Program-made: the position numbers and the translations under genes
Part shown: in pieces, positions 42,300 through 52,332 of the stretch
Numbering within the stretch: the first letter of the stretch is position 1
How the letters are laid out: each line of letters opens with the position of its first letter
The notes under the pieces: model-generated
The model's database searches: none
What the model was told of the DNA's origin: nothing
What the model saw: only the letters and a program-made list of their open reading frames with translations
From: Pseudomonadota bacterium
GTDB lineage: Bacteria > Pseudomonadota > Alphaproteobacteria > Rhizobiales > Hyphomicrobiaceae
Assembly (NCBI GenBank): GCA_023430315.1
Contig: JAEZAW010000239.1
Span: 5,592 to 69,591, forward strand
Reading direction: 5' to 3'
DNA length: 64,000 nt

Positions 42300-42629
42300 C
42301 TGACCTGCTCCTAGCGCGCTCCACGCGACGAAATACGTAAAAATAATGGGCAGATGCCAGCGATCAAAACGCACATGAAGGCACGGAGTTCCAGGCAGTG
42401 ATCCGGAGGCTTAACCAGCGCCGCGCGGTGTGCCGACCGCGAAGATCCGCGTTGGGCCGCGCGCAGGCGGTTCCGAGGAGGGCTGCGCCGTATCGGCGAT
42501 CATGTCGAACAACCATAACGGTGGTACCTCGCCTAGAACAGATTCCGTACAGACTGGTCCAGACCCAGCGGCGGTGGAGTAATTGGCGCACTCATGGGCA
42601 GGGAAGGCGGCGAGGCGCTGGCGATGACG

Positions 42630-42745
42630 CCCAGAGCTCATCGCGGGTGCGGGCTTCGGTCTTGCGGAGCATGGCCTTTAGCTTGGCGAAGGCATTCTCG
42701 ATCGGATTGAAGTCTGGCGAGTAGGGCGGCAAAACCCTAACCTCA
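42630..42745 (-). mobile_element. IS630-family transposase remnant
   Basis: [34 protein letters not shown]. Confidence 0.85.
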
Positions 42746-42867
42746 ATCGGGCGCATTTTGTTGGAGCAGATCACCCGATATAGACAATCAATGTTTCAAC
42801 TTCATCGGGATCGAACATACCACATCTTTGCATTTGTTTGAGGCTCGATGCCAGAGACGGGAGGCAC

Positions 42868-43013
42868 ATGATAACTATAAGGAGTCGACCCGGCAGTACG
42901 AGCGTTGGCTCAGCGAACAGCTCGATGGAGACATCGCGCGCAAGGACATCGGTCGCAAGCACGAAAAAATGCGTGACCATGCGTTTGGCTTTCTGCGTGC
43001 GACATATTGGAGG
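42868..43013 (+). pseudogene. DUF2252 N-terminal remnant
   Basis: YERWL...KHEKMRDHAFGFLRATYWR, then ends. Confidence 0.6.
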
Positions 43014-43225
43014 ACCACGGCTTGCCCGACGGCCAGGGCACTGAACTCTACGAGCTCCTTCGCGATCTCCGCGTCCCCTTCATCATCTGTACCGAATTCG
43101 AAGTGCCGGAAGCCATTCGCAACAGCGGCGTCGTTGTCGCAAAGCCTACTCGTGCTGAGGATCTTGTATCGGTGGCCGAGGAGTTGGTGAGACGCACCAG
43201 CTGCTGTGATCCCACGCAGATGTAG
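43007..43225 (+). pseudogene. C-terminal half of a receiver domain
   Basis: DHGLPDG...VPFIICT...AKP. Confidence 0.55.
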
Positions 43226-43535
43226 CCCTCCAGCCTCGATGACGAGACGGAATGTTGCTGCCCGCATCTAGATACCTGACACTACTGCGCTACCTGATGC
43301 GCTTCGTGTCTCAGTAAGTTGTCTTAGGGGGCGCGCGTTGAAAGGGGTGACGTCAGCGCCGCTTTAGATCAGGCCACGAGGTCGCGGCCATTTTCTTCTT
43401 AACTCGTGCGACGACGGTGCACACAAAAGCCGCCCAATAGGGCGGCTGCTGGGATGCGTCGAATGATCGACGGGAAGGCGCGAATGCCCGTGCACTCTCC
43501 CACTATATCGGTGCTGGGGGGATAAACCAGACGCA

Positions 43536-43567
43536 CGAAAGGCCCGGCGGATGGACCGGGCCTCTCG
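43536..43567 (-). terminator. Terminator hairpin after csbD
   Basis: gagaggcccgg...ccgggcctttc; second hairpin with T-tract at 43426-43450. Confidence 0.55.
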
Positions 43568-43584
43568 CTCCTTAACGCAGCAGT

Positions 43585-43785
43585 CTACTTGAGCCCGCGC
43601 GTCCAGGTATCGACTTCCTCGCGCGCCTTGTCCTTGGCGTAGCCGTACTTCTTTTGCACCAAACCTTCGAGCTGTTCGCGCTTGCCGTTGGTCTGTGCGA
43701 TCTCGTCGTCGGTGAGGTCGCCCCACTTTTCCTTCACCTTGCCGGAGAATTGCTTCCAATTGCCTTCGATGCGATCCCAATCCAT
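43585..43785 (-). CDS. csbD: CsbD family general stress protein
   Basis: MDWDRIEGNWKQFSGKVKEKWGDLTDD...QKKYG. Confidence 0.95.
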   Translation of the reverse strand: MDWDRIEGNWKQFSGKVKEKWGDLTDDEIAQTNGKREQLEGLVQKKYGYAKDKAREEVDTWTRGLK

Positions 43786-43831
43786 GGGTGTACTCCTATC
43801 TCGGGAGCCGATGATCGGCTCGCTATTGTAA

Positions 43832-43856
43832 AATGCAATGAGCACCAAATAGTTCC
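43832..43856 (-). promoter_or_regulatory. EcfG-type promoter for csbD
   Basis: GGAAC-N16-CATT. Confidence 0.65.
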
Positions 43857-44954
43857 CTTCACGGTTGCAAACTCATACGGCGTGCTCGCTGCGAGTGTTT
43901 GCATGCTTTCTCGAATGTTCCTGTTCCACCTCGGCCCGTTAGGCCTACTTGATCCGACGGAGATGACAAAGAGACCGAGTACGAGCTGGTATTCACGATC
44001 GCCTTTCGCGATGATCGGCGCCAAGGAGCTTAAGAAGTGGCGGCCGACGTGGCGCAATGAAGACCACCCGCGCTTCCACTTGGCGCGGCGCGTCGTTGCG
44101 CAGTCAGGGCGTCGAACTGGATTGTGACGCGCGAGCCGTCTTCGAGAGAGGCACAGCACGCATCCGAACGAGAAGGGGTGAGATCAGTCGTCTAGACCGC
44201 GGGCCGCGCGCACTGACTAAGGAAATTTGGCTCCAGGCCTCACATGGTCGGGGCGACAGCAGGCGCAGGCAATGGGCGCGAGATGGCGTGCTGGCGATGG
44301 AGCGCCGCTCGACAATCGCCGTTGCAAGGTAGCGGCAGTATCACTGCGCAAGACGCGCCCTGTCGCATTCTTCAGCAGCTGGGCACAGGCCATCGTGCCA
44401 CGATATGCGGTAGCCCGGGCGAGATAGGGGAGCACCCCCTCCGGTCAGGTGGAAGGCCACTTGGCAAGACCACCCACTCTTCTTCGCGAGCTGCGCCAAG
44501 TGAGCCCCGAACCTGGCCGCATCGCATCAAGCTGCAGAAACGGGAAGCGGATGATCTCGGGATCACCGGTCCGAAGAGCGCGCAAACCGATCGCGCGCCC
44601 TGCGATGCGATCTTCTATAGGGGTTGCTGCAGTGCATCTAACGGTGAATTGCAGTTCTTTGGTGGCTACTTCCCGCAGAAACAGCACCAGACTCATGCAC
44701 TCTGATCGCGTGCCAACTGCACATCTGGGGCCAGAACCTCGATCATCACCCGCACGTCCATTGCTTCGTTCCGGGCGGCGCGGCATCTCGCCGACCTTAC
44801 GCGATGGGTGTTGAGCCGCCGCAACTTCTTCCTTCCGGCGCGGGCCACTCGGCGTTGTTCCGGCGTCTGCTCCTAACCGGGCTTGCGATACTGTACGCCG
44901 ACGCGCTTTGATCGAGCATAAGTATTGTGAACGATTGATTTCGTACCTGCGCCG

Positions 44955-44980
44955 GGAACCAGCCCCATTTCAGCTTCGTT
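44955..44980 (+). promoter_or_regulatory. EcfG-type GSR promoter
   Basis: GGAAC-N17-CGTT. Confidence 0.75.
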
Positions 44981-45014
44981 GCAGCGGATAATCGGCACTT
45001 GAAAGGGGACCGTC

Positions 45015-45308
45015 ATGAAACGAGCAATGGCCACAGGACTGCTTACCCTCGCCGCGATCGGCTTCGTCGCCTGGAGCGCCTCGGCCGCTCCGCTTTCGCC
45101 GCCGCCGGCCCCTGCTGAGGCGAGGAACCAAGCAGAGCAGGTGCACCGTCGTTATCGACACTACCGCCGTCACTACTATTACGGACCGCGCGCCTATTAT
45201 TATGGCCCTCGCCGCTACTATGGGTATCGGTATCGGCCGTACTACTACGGCGGCCCGTATGTGCACATTGGCGTGCCGTTTTTCGGCCTAAGCATCGGCG
45301 GCTGGTAA
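45015..45308 (+). CDS. Secreted Tyr/Arg/Gly low-complexity protein
   Basis: Signal peptide ending ASA; YYYGPR repeats; C-terminal GVPFFGLSIGGW. Confidence 0.75.
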   Translation: MKRAMATGLLTLAAIGFVAWSASAAPLSPPPAPAEARNQAEQVHRRYRHYRRHYYYGPRAYYYGPRRYYGYRYRPYYYGGPYVHIGVPFFGLSIGGW

Positions 45309-45357
45309 TCGAATCTCTCAAAGCTCACGCGTGTTCCCTCGGCACGAGCTTTGAGAG

Positions 45358-45396
45358 AAGCAGGAAGCGCCCCCGCGCTTCCTGCTTGTTTTTTTT
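45358..45396 (+). terminator. Rho-independent terminator
   Basis: aagcaggaagcgc-cccc-gcgcttcctgctt then T8. Confidence 0.8.
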
Positions 45397-45584
45397 ACTG
45401 ACTGCGCAGAGAAGGCAGTTGCACACATCGCCGACGAGGTACTCGCGATGCTGACGCTGCCGCTTGCGTTCCTGTTCTCGCTTCTCGCGTGCTTCACGAA
45501 ATTGCGGGCTGCACCGGACGCGTTGGCTTAGCGGAGTCACGAGTCATGCTGCCATGCTAGGGAGCGGCAGGAGATTTGTAACGA

Positions 45585-45851
45585 CTACGAGAATTCGACG
45601 AAGAGGATGCGGTTATAGCGGCGTACGATGCGTGACGAGAAAATGCGGCCGAACGCGCGCAGCTCGAAGTCCTCAGGCACTCCGAACGTCGACGTCAGTT
45701 CAAGCCGAGCGCCCACGTCAGATATTTCGACGACGCGGCAGGGCCGGGATGGAAGGCCGGGGACTATGATTTCGCCGGGCGCATCTGTCTTGTGGCGTTT
45801 GGCTCGGCGGCGAGACGCCGCCGCGCCGGGGGGACGTTTTCCAAAGCTCAT
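45585..45851 (-). CDS. PilZ domain protein
   Basis: RRAKR and EISDVGARL motifs. Confidence 0.75.
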   Translation of the reverse strand: MSFGKRPPGAAASRRRAKRHKTDAPGEIIVPGLPSRPCRVVEISDVGARLELTSTFGVPEDFELRAFGRIFSSRIVRRYNRILFVEFS

Positions 45852-46209
45852 TTTGACCGACCGCTTTCGCGGTTGAACGCATGCAGGTGGTCGTCGGTTC
45901 GCGATGTTGGCAACGATGTTCGGAGACGGCGCACCCACCGCGAAGACCATTCGAATGATGCCTGAAAATCCAGAACGGGAACCGCAGCAGCGCTCGTGCG
46001 CTGTGATAGTAGAGGGATGACCTCCTTAGTAAAGGCAGGCCTTTCCGCGATGTGGGCGTTTTCCAAGCCGTCGCGCAGAACGAAATCCCGCCTGAACTGT
46101 TGATAGAGACGGCAACGCGTCAAAGCCGTGTGAGCCTCGACCCAATTCCGTTGTCGGTGACAAGTTCGAAATGCGCTTGAGATGCGCCTGATCCTTAGTG
46201 CGAGGCCGG

Positions 46210-46620
46210 TTATATATGCCCGAAGTCGGAGATCAGGAGTTCGTTGCTCTGCAGCTCTGTCACGACGTCGAAGAGGATACTCTCCGCGTTAGCCTTATCG
46301 TACGAGTCGATGTTCAGGTAGAAGCGGTCACCCCATGCACTCACGTCCTCACCTGCGTTACGCAGCGCGTCGATAACCTGTTTCCGAGCGATGGCCCAGG
46401 CGATGCCGATCTTGGCGATACGGGTCTTCGCGGCCGCACGATATGCGATCCAGGCGGCCTACTTCGGCTCTCAGATGACCAGTTTCTCGAAGTTGTTATA
46501 GAGGGCCTCGTGGAATGGCGCGGGGCGGTAAATGAAATTTTTGGCGAAGAGGAAGACTGATCGGGCAGGCACGGTGCCGTACTTTCCCGAAGCCAAGTTC
46601 TTCGAGGAGGTCTCGATGCC
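46210..46620 (-). pseudogene. Phage terminase large subunit N-terminal ATPase remnant (copy 1)
   Basis: PAPFHEALY..two stops..AWIAYRAAAKTRIAK..YLNIDSYDKANAESILFDVVTELQSNELLISDFGH. Confidence 0.6.
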
Positions 46621-46899
46621 GGCTTCAGCGTTTTCTCAGTGCTCAGTCCGCCGAGCTGTTGACGTGGTGGGGGAGCCAGATGACTCGATATTGGCGGCCG
46701 AGAATGGACGGCTGCTGAAATCCGCGTTGAGGGAGGCTTTTTTTCGCGCACGGCGATCGCTACTGGGTATTCGCCCGGCAAAGCCCTCCACCATCAACAG
46801 CAATTAAGTGCGACAGACGCAGGATCGTACGGGCGTCGAAACAAGCAAGGCGACCGTCATTAGTGGCATTGTTGGTAGCGAGGAGTTTGCGGCACACGC

Positions 46900-46978
46900 C
46901 AGCATCGAAGGTGTGATCATTATCCGTACGACGCCCAACTCTCCCGCTGAACGTGCTGGATTGCGTGGCGTCAATGTC
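46900..46978 (+). pseudogene. PDZ fragment of an HtrA/DegQ-like protease
   Basis: EGVIIIRTTPNSPAERAGLRGV. Confidence 0.45.
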
Positions 46979-47091
46979 GCGGCGCGGAAGCAGGTGCCGG
47001 AGGCTGACGAATGCGCGCGCAGCCGATCAAGACCCACTTGTTGGCAATCGTCTCGTCGAGAAAGGTCGACAACCCCGCGTCGCGATAGCCC

Positions 47092-47367
47092 TCAGGGCTT
47101 CCCATGTTGCTCGATCGCCATTGTGCCGGATCGTCCTTCGATGCTGTAAATTGCTCTGAAACGAGCGTGCTTCATTGAGCCTGATGCAACACGACCTTCC
47201 AGCTTGAAACTGAAGCCGTCCGGCTGTTCCTCCATCTTGGCTACCGACACGTCGACGCCCTCGTCCTCGATTTGAAAGTGGGCTGTAACCTCCTCGGGCA
47301 GCATCAACGCGCGCTGCAGAGTAGGCTTGCTCGGTCCGTCGGTAATGTTGAATGTTCGCGGAGCCAT
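47092..47367 (-). CDS. Hypothetical beta-rich protein (91 aa)
   Basis: GGAGGT RBS and its own GSR-type promoter. Confidence 0.7.
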   Translation of the reverse strand: MAPRTFNITDGPSKPTLQRALMLPEEVTAHFQIEDEGVDVSVAKMEEQPDGFSFKLEGRVASGSMKHARFRAIYSIEGRSGTMAIEQHGKP

Positions 47368-47395
47368 AAATCACCTCCATAGGGTCATCCATGGA

Positions 47396-47420
47396 AACAG
47401 GCGACGCGGCACGAGGTTCC
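47396..47420 (-). promoter_or_regulatory. EcfG-type GSR promoter
   Basis: GGAAC-N16-TGTT. Confidence 0.7.
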
Positions 47421-47445
47421 GATCACCTCGCAATGAAGCCTCAGA

Positions 47446-47470
47446 GCAACCGTTGGGCCTTGCCGGCGTT
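47446..47470 (+). promoter_or_regulatory. EcfG-type promoter variant
   Basis: GCAAC-N16-CGTT. Confidence 0.55.
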
Positions 47471-47508
47471 CGACTGATCCAACGTCAACGATCACGAATG
47501 CTATCCTA

Positions 47509-48711
47509 ATGACCGTAACGGAGAGACGAGCCGGCCATATCAGGGATCTGCCCCTGAGGAGACTGCGTGACCTTGCAGATAGGGGGCAATTCACGCTCGG
47601 CATTGAAGAAGAGTATTTCCCGCACGATCTGACGAGCAACAAAGCTGCCACGCGTACGCCCGAAGCCCTATTCGAACAGGCCAACGAAGCCACCGGGGGT
47701 CGAGTCGAACGAGAGTTTCTGCAAGCTCAGGCAGAGGCCGTAACTCGCCCGCACTCGAGTATGAGTGCCGCTCGAGCAGAGCTTCAGTTCATTCGCAATA
47801 TCTTGGGTGGATTAGCTCGAGAGCACGGATTTGCCTTATTGGCATCCGGAACGCATCCAACCGCGGACTGGCGTCAATCAGAGCAGACTGACAATGAACG
47901 CTATGATCGGGCAATGAATGACCTACGCATGCTCGGCCAGCGCGACATGCTTTGCGGAATGCACGTTCATGTTGCGGTCCCCGACCCCGGCCGTCGTGTC
48001 GACCTCATGTACCGGTTGATTCCATATCTGCCACTCTTCGTTGCGCTTTCGACTTCGTCCCCCTTCTGGACATCGCGCATGACGGGTCTGAAGAGTTATC
48101 GTCTCACCGCGTACGATGAACTGCCTCGGACGGGCCTTCCCGAACCCTTCCGCACCAACGAGGAGTACGATTCCTATGTCGATGCGTTGGTGAAAGCGCG
48201 CATCATCGATGACTCGAGCTTTATTTGGTGGATGTTGAGACCTTCGGAATCGTATCCTACGCTGGAGCTTCGGGCCACAGATTGCTGCACGCGCCTCGAA
48301 GATGCCATCGCCATCGCGGCTCTCTTTAGAATTCTGGTCCGGCATCTCTATCAGAACCCGCGCGTCAACGATGACAGCAACTCGGTCACACGCGCGCTCA
48401 CTATCGAGAACAAGTGGCGCGCACAGCGGTACGGGGTAAAGGGCACCTTCGTTACTGGCGAAGGAGAAATCTCTGTTGGCGAGCAGCTAGAGCGCGTTCT
48501 CGAGCTGACGGCAGAAGATTCCTTAGCCCTAGAATGCCCGGAAGCCGTGGATTGCCGACGGATTGTTGCTGAAGGAGCCTCAGCAGATGTCCAGCTCGAT
48601 ATTTTCCGTGCTCACGCAGCTCAGAGCGAGCGAGAAGCGCTCGGCGCCGTTATTGACTGGATCGCGCGTAAAACGTCGCAGGGCGGCGCGGGCATAGAGA
48701 CCGTCCCTTAA
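47509..48711 (+). CDS. Carboxylate-amine ligase (YbdK/GCS2 family)
   Basis: FTLGIEEEY, SGTHP, CGMHVHV, STSSPFW, PTLELR, ENKWRAQRYG. Confidence 0.92.
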   Translation: MTVTERRAGHIRDLPLRRLRDLADRGQFTLGIEEEYFPHDLTSNKAATRTPEALFEQANEATGGRVEREFLQAQAEAVTRPHSSMSAARAELQFIRNILGGLAREHGFALLASGTHPTADWRQSEQTDNERYDRAMNDLRMLGQRDMLCGMHVHVAVPDPGRRVDLMYRLIPYLPLFVALSTSSPFWTSRMTGLKSYRLTAYDELPRTGLPEPFRTNEEYDSYVDALVKARIIDDSSFIWWMLRPSESYPTLELRATDCCTRLEDAIAIAALFRILVRHLYQNPRVNDDSNSVTRALTIENKWRAQRYGVKGTFVTGEGEISVGEQLERVLELTAEDSLALECPEAVDCRRIVAEGASADVQLDIFRAHAAQSEREALGAVIDWIARKTSQGGAGIETVP

Positions 48712-48912
48712 AAATAGGAAAACGTGCGCTGAAGTTGCAAATATGCAGAGTGCGGGATAAGCGATGCGTGCACGCAATAGTACCCCCTTTCGCATGCGGC
48801 GGCGGCATGGTCAGCTCACCACCTGAAACTGTTACAGTGCGCCGAGTTCGCAGATGAGGACGCCTTCTAAAGCCTCCCCGCAGCTTGCGGGGCAACTTCG
48901 CGACGCGATCCC

Positions 48913-48937
48913 GCAACCCAAAGCCCCAGCGCACGTT
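48913..48937 (+). promoter_or_regulatory. EcfG-type promoter variant
   Basis: GCAAC-N16-CGTT. Confidence 0.55.
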
Positions 48938-48969
48938 TTGCACTTATGCATTTTCCGCAGGAGCGCGTC

Positions 48970-49333
48970 ATGGAAGGCATCGACGAAACCACAGCGGCCA
49001 TTTCGGCCAGCAAAGTAACTGGGACGTAGGTTCACAATACCGATGGCGATCACCTGGGCCATATCCAGGATTGGTCGACAAAAGATCAGGAAAGGTCGCC
49101 TACGACGTCATGTCGTTCGGCGGCTTTCTTGGTATTGGAGAGCGCTATCACCCGCTGCCATGGTCTACACTCAAGTACGATACCCGCCAAGGCGGTTATG
49201 TCGTAGGCATTACGATCGAACAGCTCAAGGGTGGTCCGAAATTCGAGGCTTGTGAGCTGCCAAGTTGGGGCGAACGCTCTTACCAGACGAGGCTGCACGA
49301 GCACTACAAGGTCGCACCTACTGGGCAGTGTAG
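48970..49333 (+). pseudogene. PRC-barrel domain protein
   Basis: ISASKVTGT*VHN..GDHLG, frameshift, then SFGGFLGIGERYHPLPW. Confidence 0.8.
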
Positions 49334-49353
49334 TGCGCGGCTTTTGAGGATCC

Positions 49354-49581
49354 TTAGTCGCGCGCCTGAAGGTTTTGCACGCCTGCCACTTCCAACTCAG
49401 CGCGCGCTGCTTCTCGCTTCGCCTTAGCTTCGCGGAGCAGAAGCCGCAAGTCACCGCAGGGTGCCTGTGCGGCCTCTCGGCCTGCGATAAGACGCTCCAA
49501 CATTTTCACGGAAGCCGACGCGTCATTGAATCGCCGGTGTATTAGATGAACCGGCGTAGTTCGCTTCTCCCATTCTGCCAT
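49354..49581 (-). CDS. HRRFN family small helical protein (75 aa)
   Basis: IHRRFNDASASVKMLERLI; paralogues in window; own promoter. Confidence 0.7.
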   Translation of the reverse strand: MAEWEKRTTPVHLIHRRFNDASASVKMLERLIAGREAAQAPCGDLRLLLREAKAKREAARAELEVAGVQNLQARD

Positions 49582-49621
49582 GGCGGGGCCACTCACGCAT
49601 ACTCGGTCACGGTGCTCCTCT

Positions 49622-49646
49622 AACGCCAGCTGCAAGGCGGCGTTCC
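49622..49646 (-). promoter_or_regulatory. EcfG-type GSR promoter
   Basis: GGAAC-N16-CGTT. Confidence 0.7.
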
Positions 49647-49661
49647 ACGTCGCGGACCGCG

Positions 49662-49946
49662 TTATCTTGCCGGCTTGGCACCGGACAGGATTTTGGAACG
49701 GCCGGCCTTTGCGAGCTCGGCGTGCGCGTCTCTTTTCTCTGCCTCTGCCTCCTGCAACCGCTTCCACAGCCGCGAGAAGTCCTCGCCGAGGGATTTGCGG
49801 ATCTCAATCAGGCGCTTCAATCCATCGACGTGGGCAGAAATCTCATTGAACCGACGATGGACCCGCTGGGCGGGTGGCAGGATCTCTTCTTCGATGGCTT
49901 CCATTGCATGCGGGCTACCGGCATCTTCGACGTTGAGTTGGGCCAT
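49662..49946 (-). CDS. HRRFN family small helical protein (94 aa)
   Basis: AQRVHRRFNEISAHVDGLKRLIE...LQEAEAEKRDAHAEL. Confidence 0.7.
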   Translation of the reverse strand: MAQLNVEDAGSPHAMEAIEEEILPPAQRVHRRFNEISAHVDGLKRLIEIRKSLGEDFSRLWKRLQEAEAEKRDAHAELAKAGRSKILSGAKPAR

Positions 49947-49984
49947 GGCGAGCATCTCTTGATCCGTGTTGCGACCGCCCGGAC

Positions 49985-50010
49985 AACTCAATCTCAAGCT
50001 CGCCGGTTCC
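49985..50010 (-). promoter_or_regulatory. EcfG-type GSR promoter
   Basis: GGAAC-N17-AGTT. Confidence 0.6.
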
Positions 50011-50416
50011 GCTCCGTGTTAGCCAATCCTGCGCGAGCTTTACACGGCGGTGTCCGATCATCGCGTGGTGGTGAAGCAGTCGAAATGCATCCGCGTCCGC
50101 CTCACCGGACCGCGCTCGAGCCACGAGGTTTATGGCATCCTGCAGCCACCGCCACTCTCAAAGCCACCTCTTCCTCGCGCGCCCGTATGATGTCGGGATG
50201 TTCCGACAACGGGCCTTGGTCAGAACTCGATCTGCTCATCGTCACCTCTCTCCGCACCAAGCCAGCGACACCTTTCCTGCTGATCAACGAGCGGATGGGC
50301 TGCGTCGCGCCCGGTCGCTCGGCGCGCATGGCGCCCGCTCTGCATGGACAACCCAAAGAACATTTCATCGAAGTCGGCTTCAATCGCCGACTGATCGAGA
50401 ACGGTCTCGATAGGAG

Positions 50417-50947
50417 TTATCGTGGCTTCGACCTAATTGTCGGAGGCCCTAGGTAGATGACCATTCCCGTGAGGTTCGATGACGACTGCGTTGCAGTCCC
50501 ATATCGCGAGCGTCCGCCGAAGGAAGCTCCGGAAAATTTGAGGTCAGACGTGTTTCCGCTGACCTCTTCTCGGAGAAGGTAGTGCGCGACCAATAGGGGG
50601 ACGACGAGGCCTAACGCGAAGAAGACGACATTCTGCGCGAAGCCTCGCCAGGAGCTACGCCGACTTTCCTCGTGCAGGAAGCCGTTGAATATCTGTTTCA
50701 ATTGAATGCTGACATTAGGCTGCGTGGGATCGAGCAACTGGCGGAGCGGCTGTTCGTGATGCGGGATCTCGGTGCGTACCAAGACATAGCCTGCCTGTTC
50801 CGCGAGTTCTTGCGCTAGAGCGCGCCGACGCTCAGCAGCAGACAAGGAATCATGAAGTGACGTCAGGGCAGCGACGAGTACCCCCAGTCCCAAACTGACG
50901 AGGACTACCCCAGTCGTGAACGGCACATCCGACAACATTCCCTCCAA
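50417..50947 (-). CDS. Hypothetical two-TM membrane protein
   Basis: Two hydrophobic segments flanking a helical region. Confidence 0.45.
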   Translation of the reverse strand: MEGMLSDVPFTTGVVLVSLGLGVLVAALTSLHDSLSAAERRRALAQELAEQAGYVLVRTEIPHHEQPLRQLLDPTQPNVSIQLKQIFNGFLHEESRRSSWRGFAQNVVFFALGLVVPLLVAHYLLREEVSGNTSDLKFSGASFGGRSRYGTATQSSSNLTGMVIYLGPPTIRSKPR

Positions 50948-51434
50948 CGAAAGTGGAGCGAGAAAACGAACGTATCGTACGCAATGCCGCTTTCAACTGG
51001 ACGTCGATAGCTTGCTTAACGGCGGCGCTTTGCCGGCGCGCTGCCACGGCTGCTCGATGAGAAACGTCGGAAGCTGCGGCTGGCGGCCCACGGTGAAGTC
51101 GTCGAGCACGTGCGTCAGTACCCATATCGCAGGACGCAAGGCTATTTTATCTGGCGCGAGGGTTTACCAGCGGAGTATCATCGTTTGCTTTGGTGGTGGT
51201 TCGCGTTTCGGCTTTCCGGCCTTTACCGCCGTCCTCGCGATCTTCTGGCTCTTGATTGCTAAGCCGCACCTGGTCGACTGACGCTGTTCGGCGCGAACAT
51301 CCTCTCCACGTTGCTCCTTGCCTTGGGCAAGCTGTGTTTGCTTTCCGGCCGCTCTTGCAAGAGGAGGCGCGGCCTGTCGGACCACAACCATTATTACTGT
51401 CGACTCCCAACGATTGTTTTCGGAGTGCCATTGC

Positions 51435-52238
51435 TCACCGTACGGGTGGAGTATGAAGAGGGGCAAAGCCTATGTGGGAAGCCCTCGACCCATAGTGGTT
51501 GGGCTGACTGAGATGTCTCAATTGCTCTATGTAGAGATCGGCTATTACGGGCAGATGATCAGAGGCGGCACACGCGCTGCGATCAACGCGCATATGGCCA
51601 AGCATTTGTAGCGGCCGCACGTAGATGCGATCAAGTCGGAAGACAGGCCAAGCAGCGGGAAACGTTCGAAAGCGGCTCCTGCCGGGAAATAGCTCTCGCA
51701 ACGCCCGTTGCACAGACCCGTGCCAGAACCAATCGTTGAAGTCGCCCAGCATCACCAGTGGCAAGGGGCTGGATATGGCAAGCGCAGCGAGCTGACGCGC
51801 TTGGCGATGCCTCTCGCGCAAGCTCAGCCCAAGGTGCACTGCGATGACCCTCAGAAGGCCTGCTGGCGTTGAAACAATCGCCTCGATCGCAGCGCGTGGC
51901 TCGCGCCGCTCGACCGAAATGTCGTGGCGGGCAAAGAATGAGATCGGCCATCGGGTAAGTATAACGTGGCCGTAGTCTCCCTCCGGCGCCAGGATCATAC
52001 GCGCCTCTGCACGGTGTTCTCCCAGACTCAACGCCAGGGTGTCGAACGCTTGAGTGTCGCCGCTTCTGCGCGCATCCACCTCCTGAAGTGCGACGATATC
52101 GGGCGAATGCTTCTGCACGTGCTCGATGACGCGCGGCAAGTCGGGCCGGCCAAACATCGCACGCGCACCGTGGATGTTCCAGGTCATGACCCGGATTGGC
52201 GAAGTCGCTAGCTCAGAAGAATTGCTGCAAGCCTGCAT
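51435..52238 (-). CDS. Endonuclease/exonuclease/phosphatase (YbhP-like)
   Basis: MTWNIHG, LQEVD, GDFN, LDRI, SDHLP; start uncertain. Confidence 0.9.
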   Translation of the reverse strand: MQACSNSSELATSPIRVMTWNIHGARAMFGRPDLPRVIEHVQKHSPDIVALQEVDARRSGDTQAFDTLALSLGEHRAEARMILAPEGDYGHVILTRWPISFFARHDISVERREPRAAIEAIVSTPAGLLRVIAVHLGLSLRERHRQARQLAALAISSPLPLVMLGDFNDWFWHGSVQRALRELFPGRSRFRTFPAAWPVFRLDRIYVRPLQMLGHMRVDRSACAASDHLPVIADLYIEQLRHLSQPNHYGSRASHIGFAPLHTPPVR

Positions 52239-52261
52239 TGGGATCCCCCGGCGGTCCCAAG

Positions 52262-52286
52262 GGAACGCAGTGGTCTGTCATTCGTT
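52262..52286 (+). promoter_or_regulatory. EcfG-type GSR promoter
   Basis: GGAAC-N16-CGTT. Confidence 0.7.
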
Positions 52287-52332
52287 TCTTCTCTCCAAAG
52301 AGCCAGGCCACTCCCGGATATTCATTACGCAC

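Noticed and set aside
43900..44900. Several overlapping short ORFs
   Set aside because: No RBS, motif or consistent frame; probably eroded DNA that I cannot assign
46198..46560. Plus-strand ORF similar to 55818-56171 as a novel paralogue pair
   Set aside because: Conservation and recognisable motifs fit the minus-strand terminase-like frame; the plus ORFs are antisense shadows
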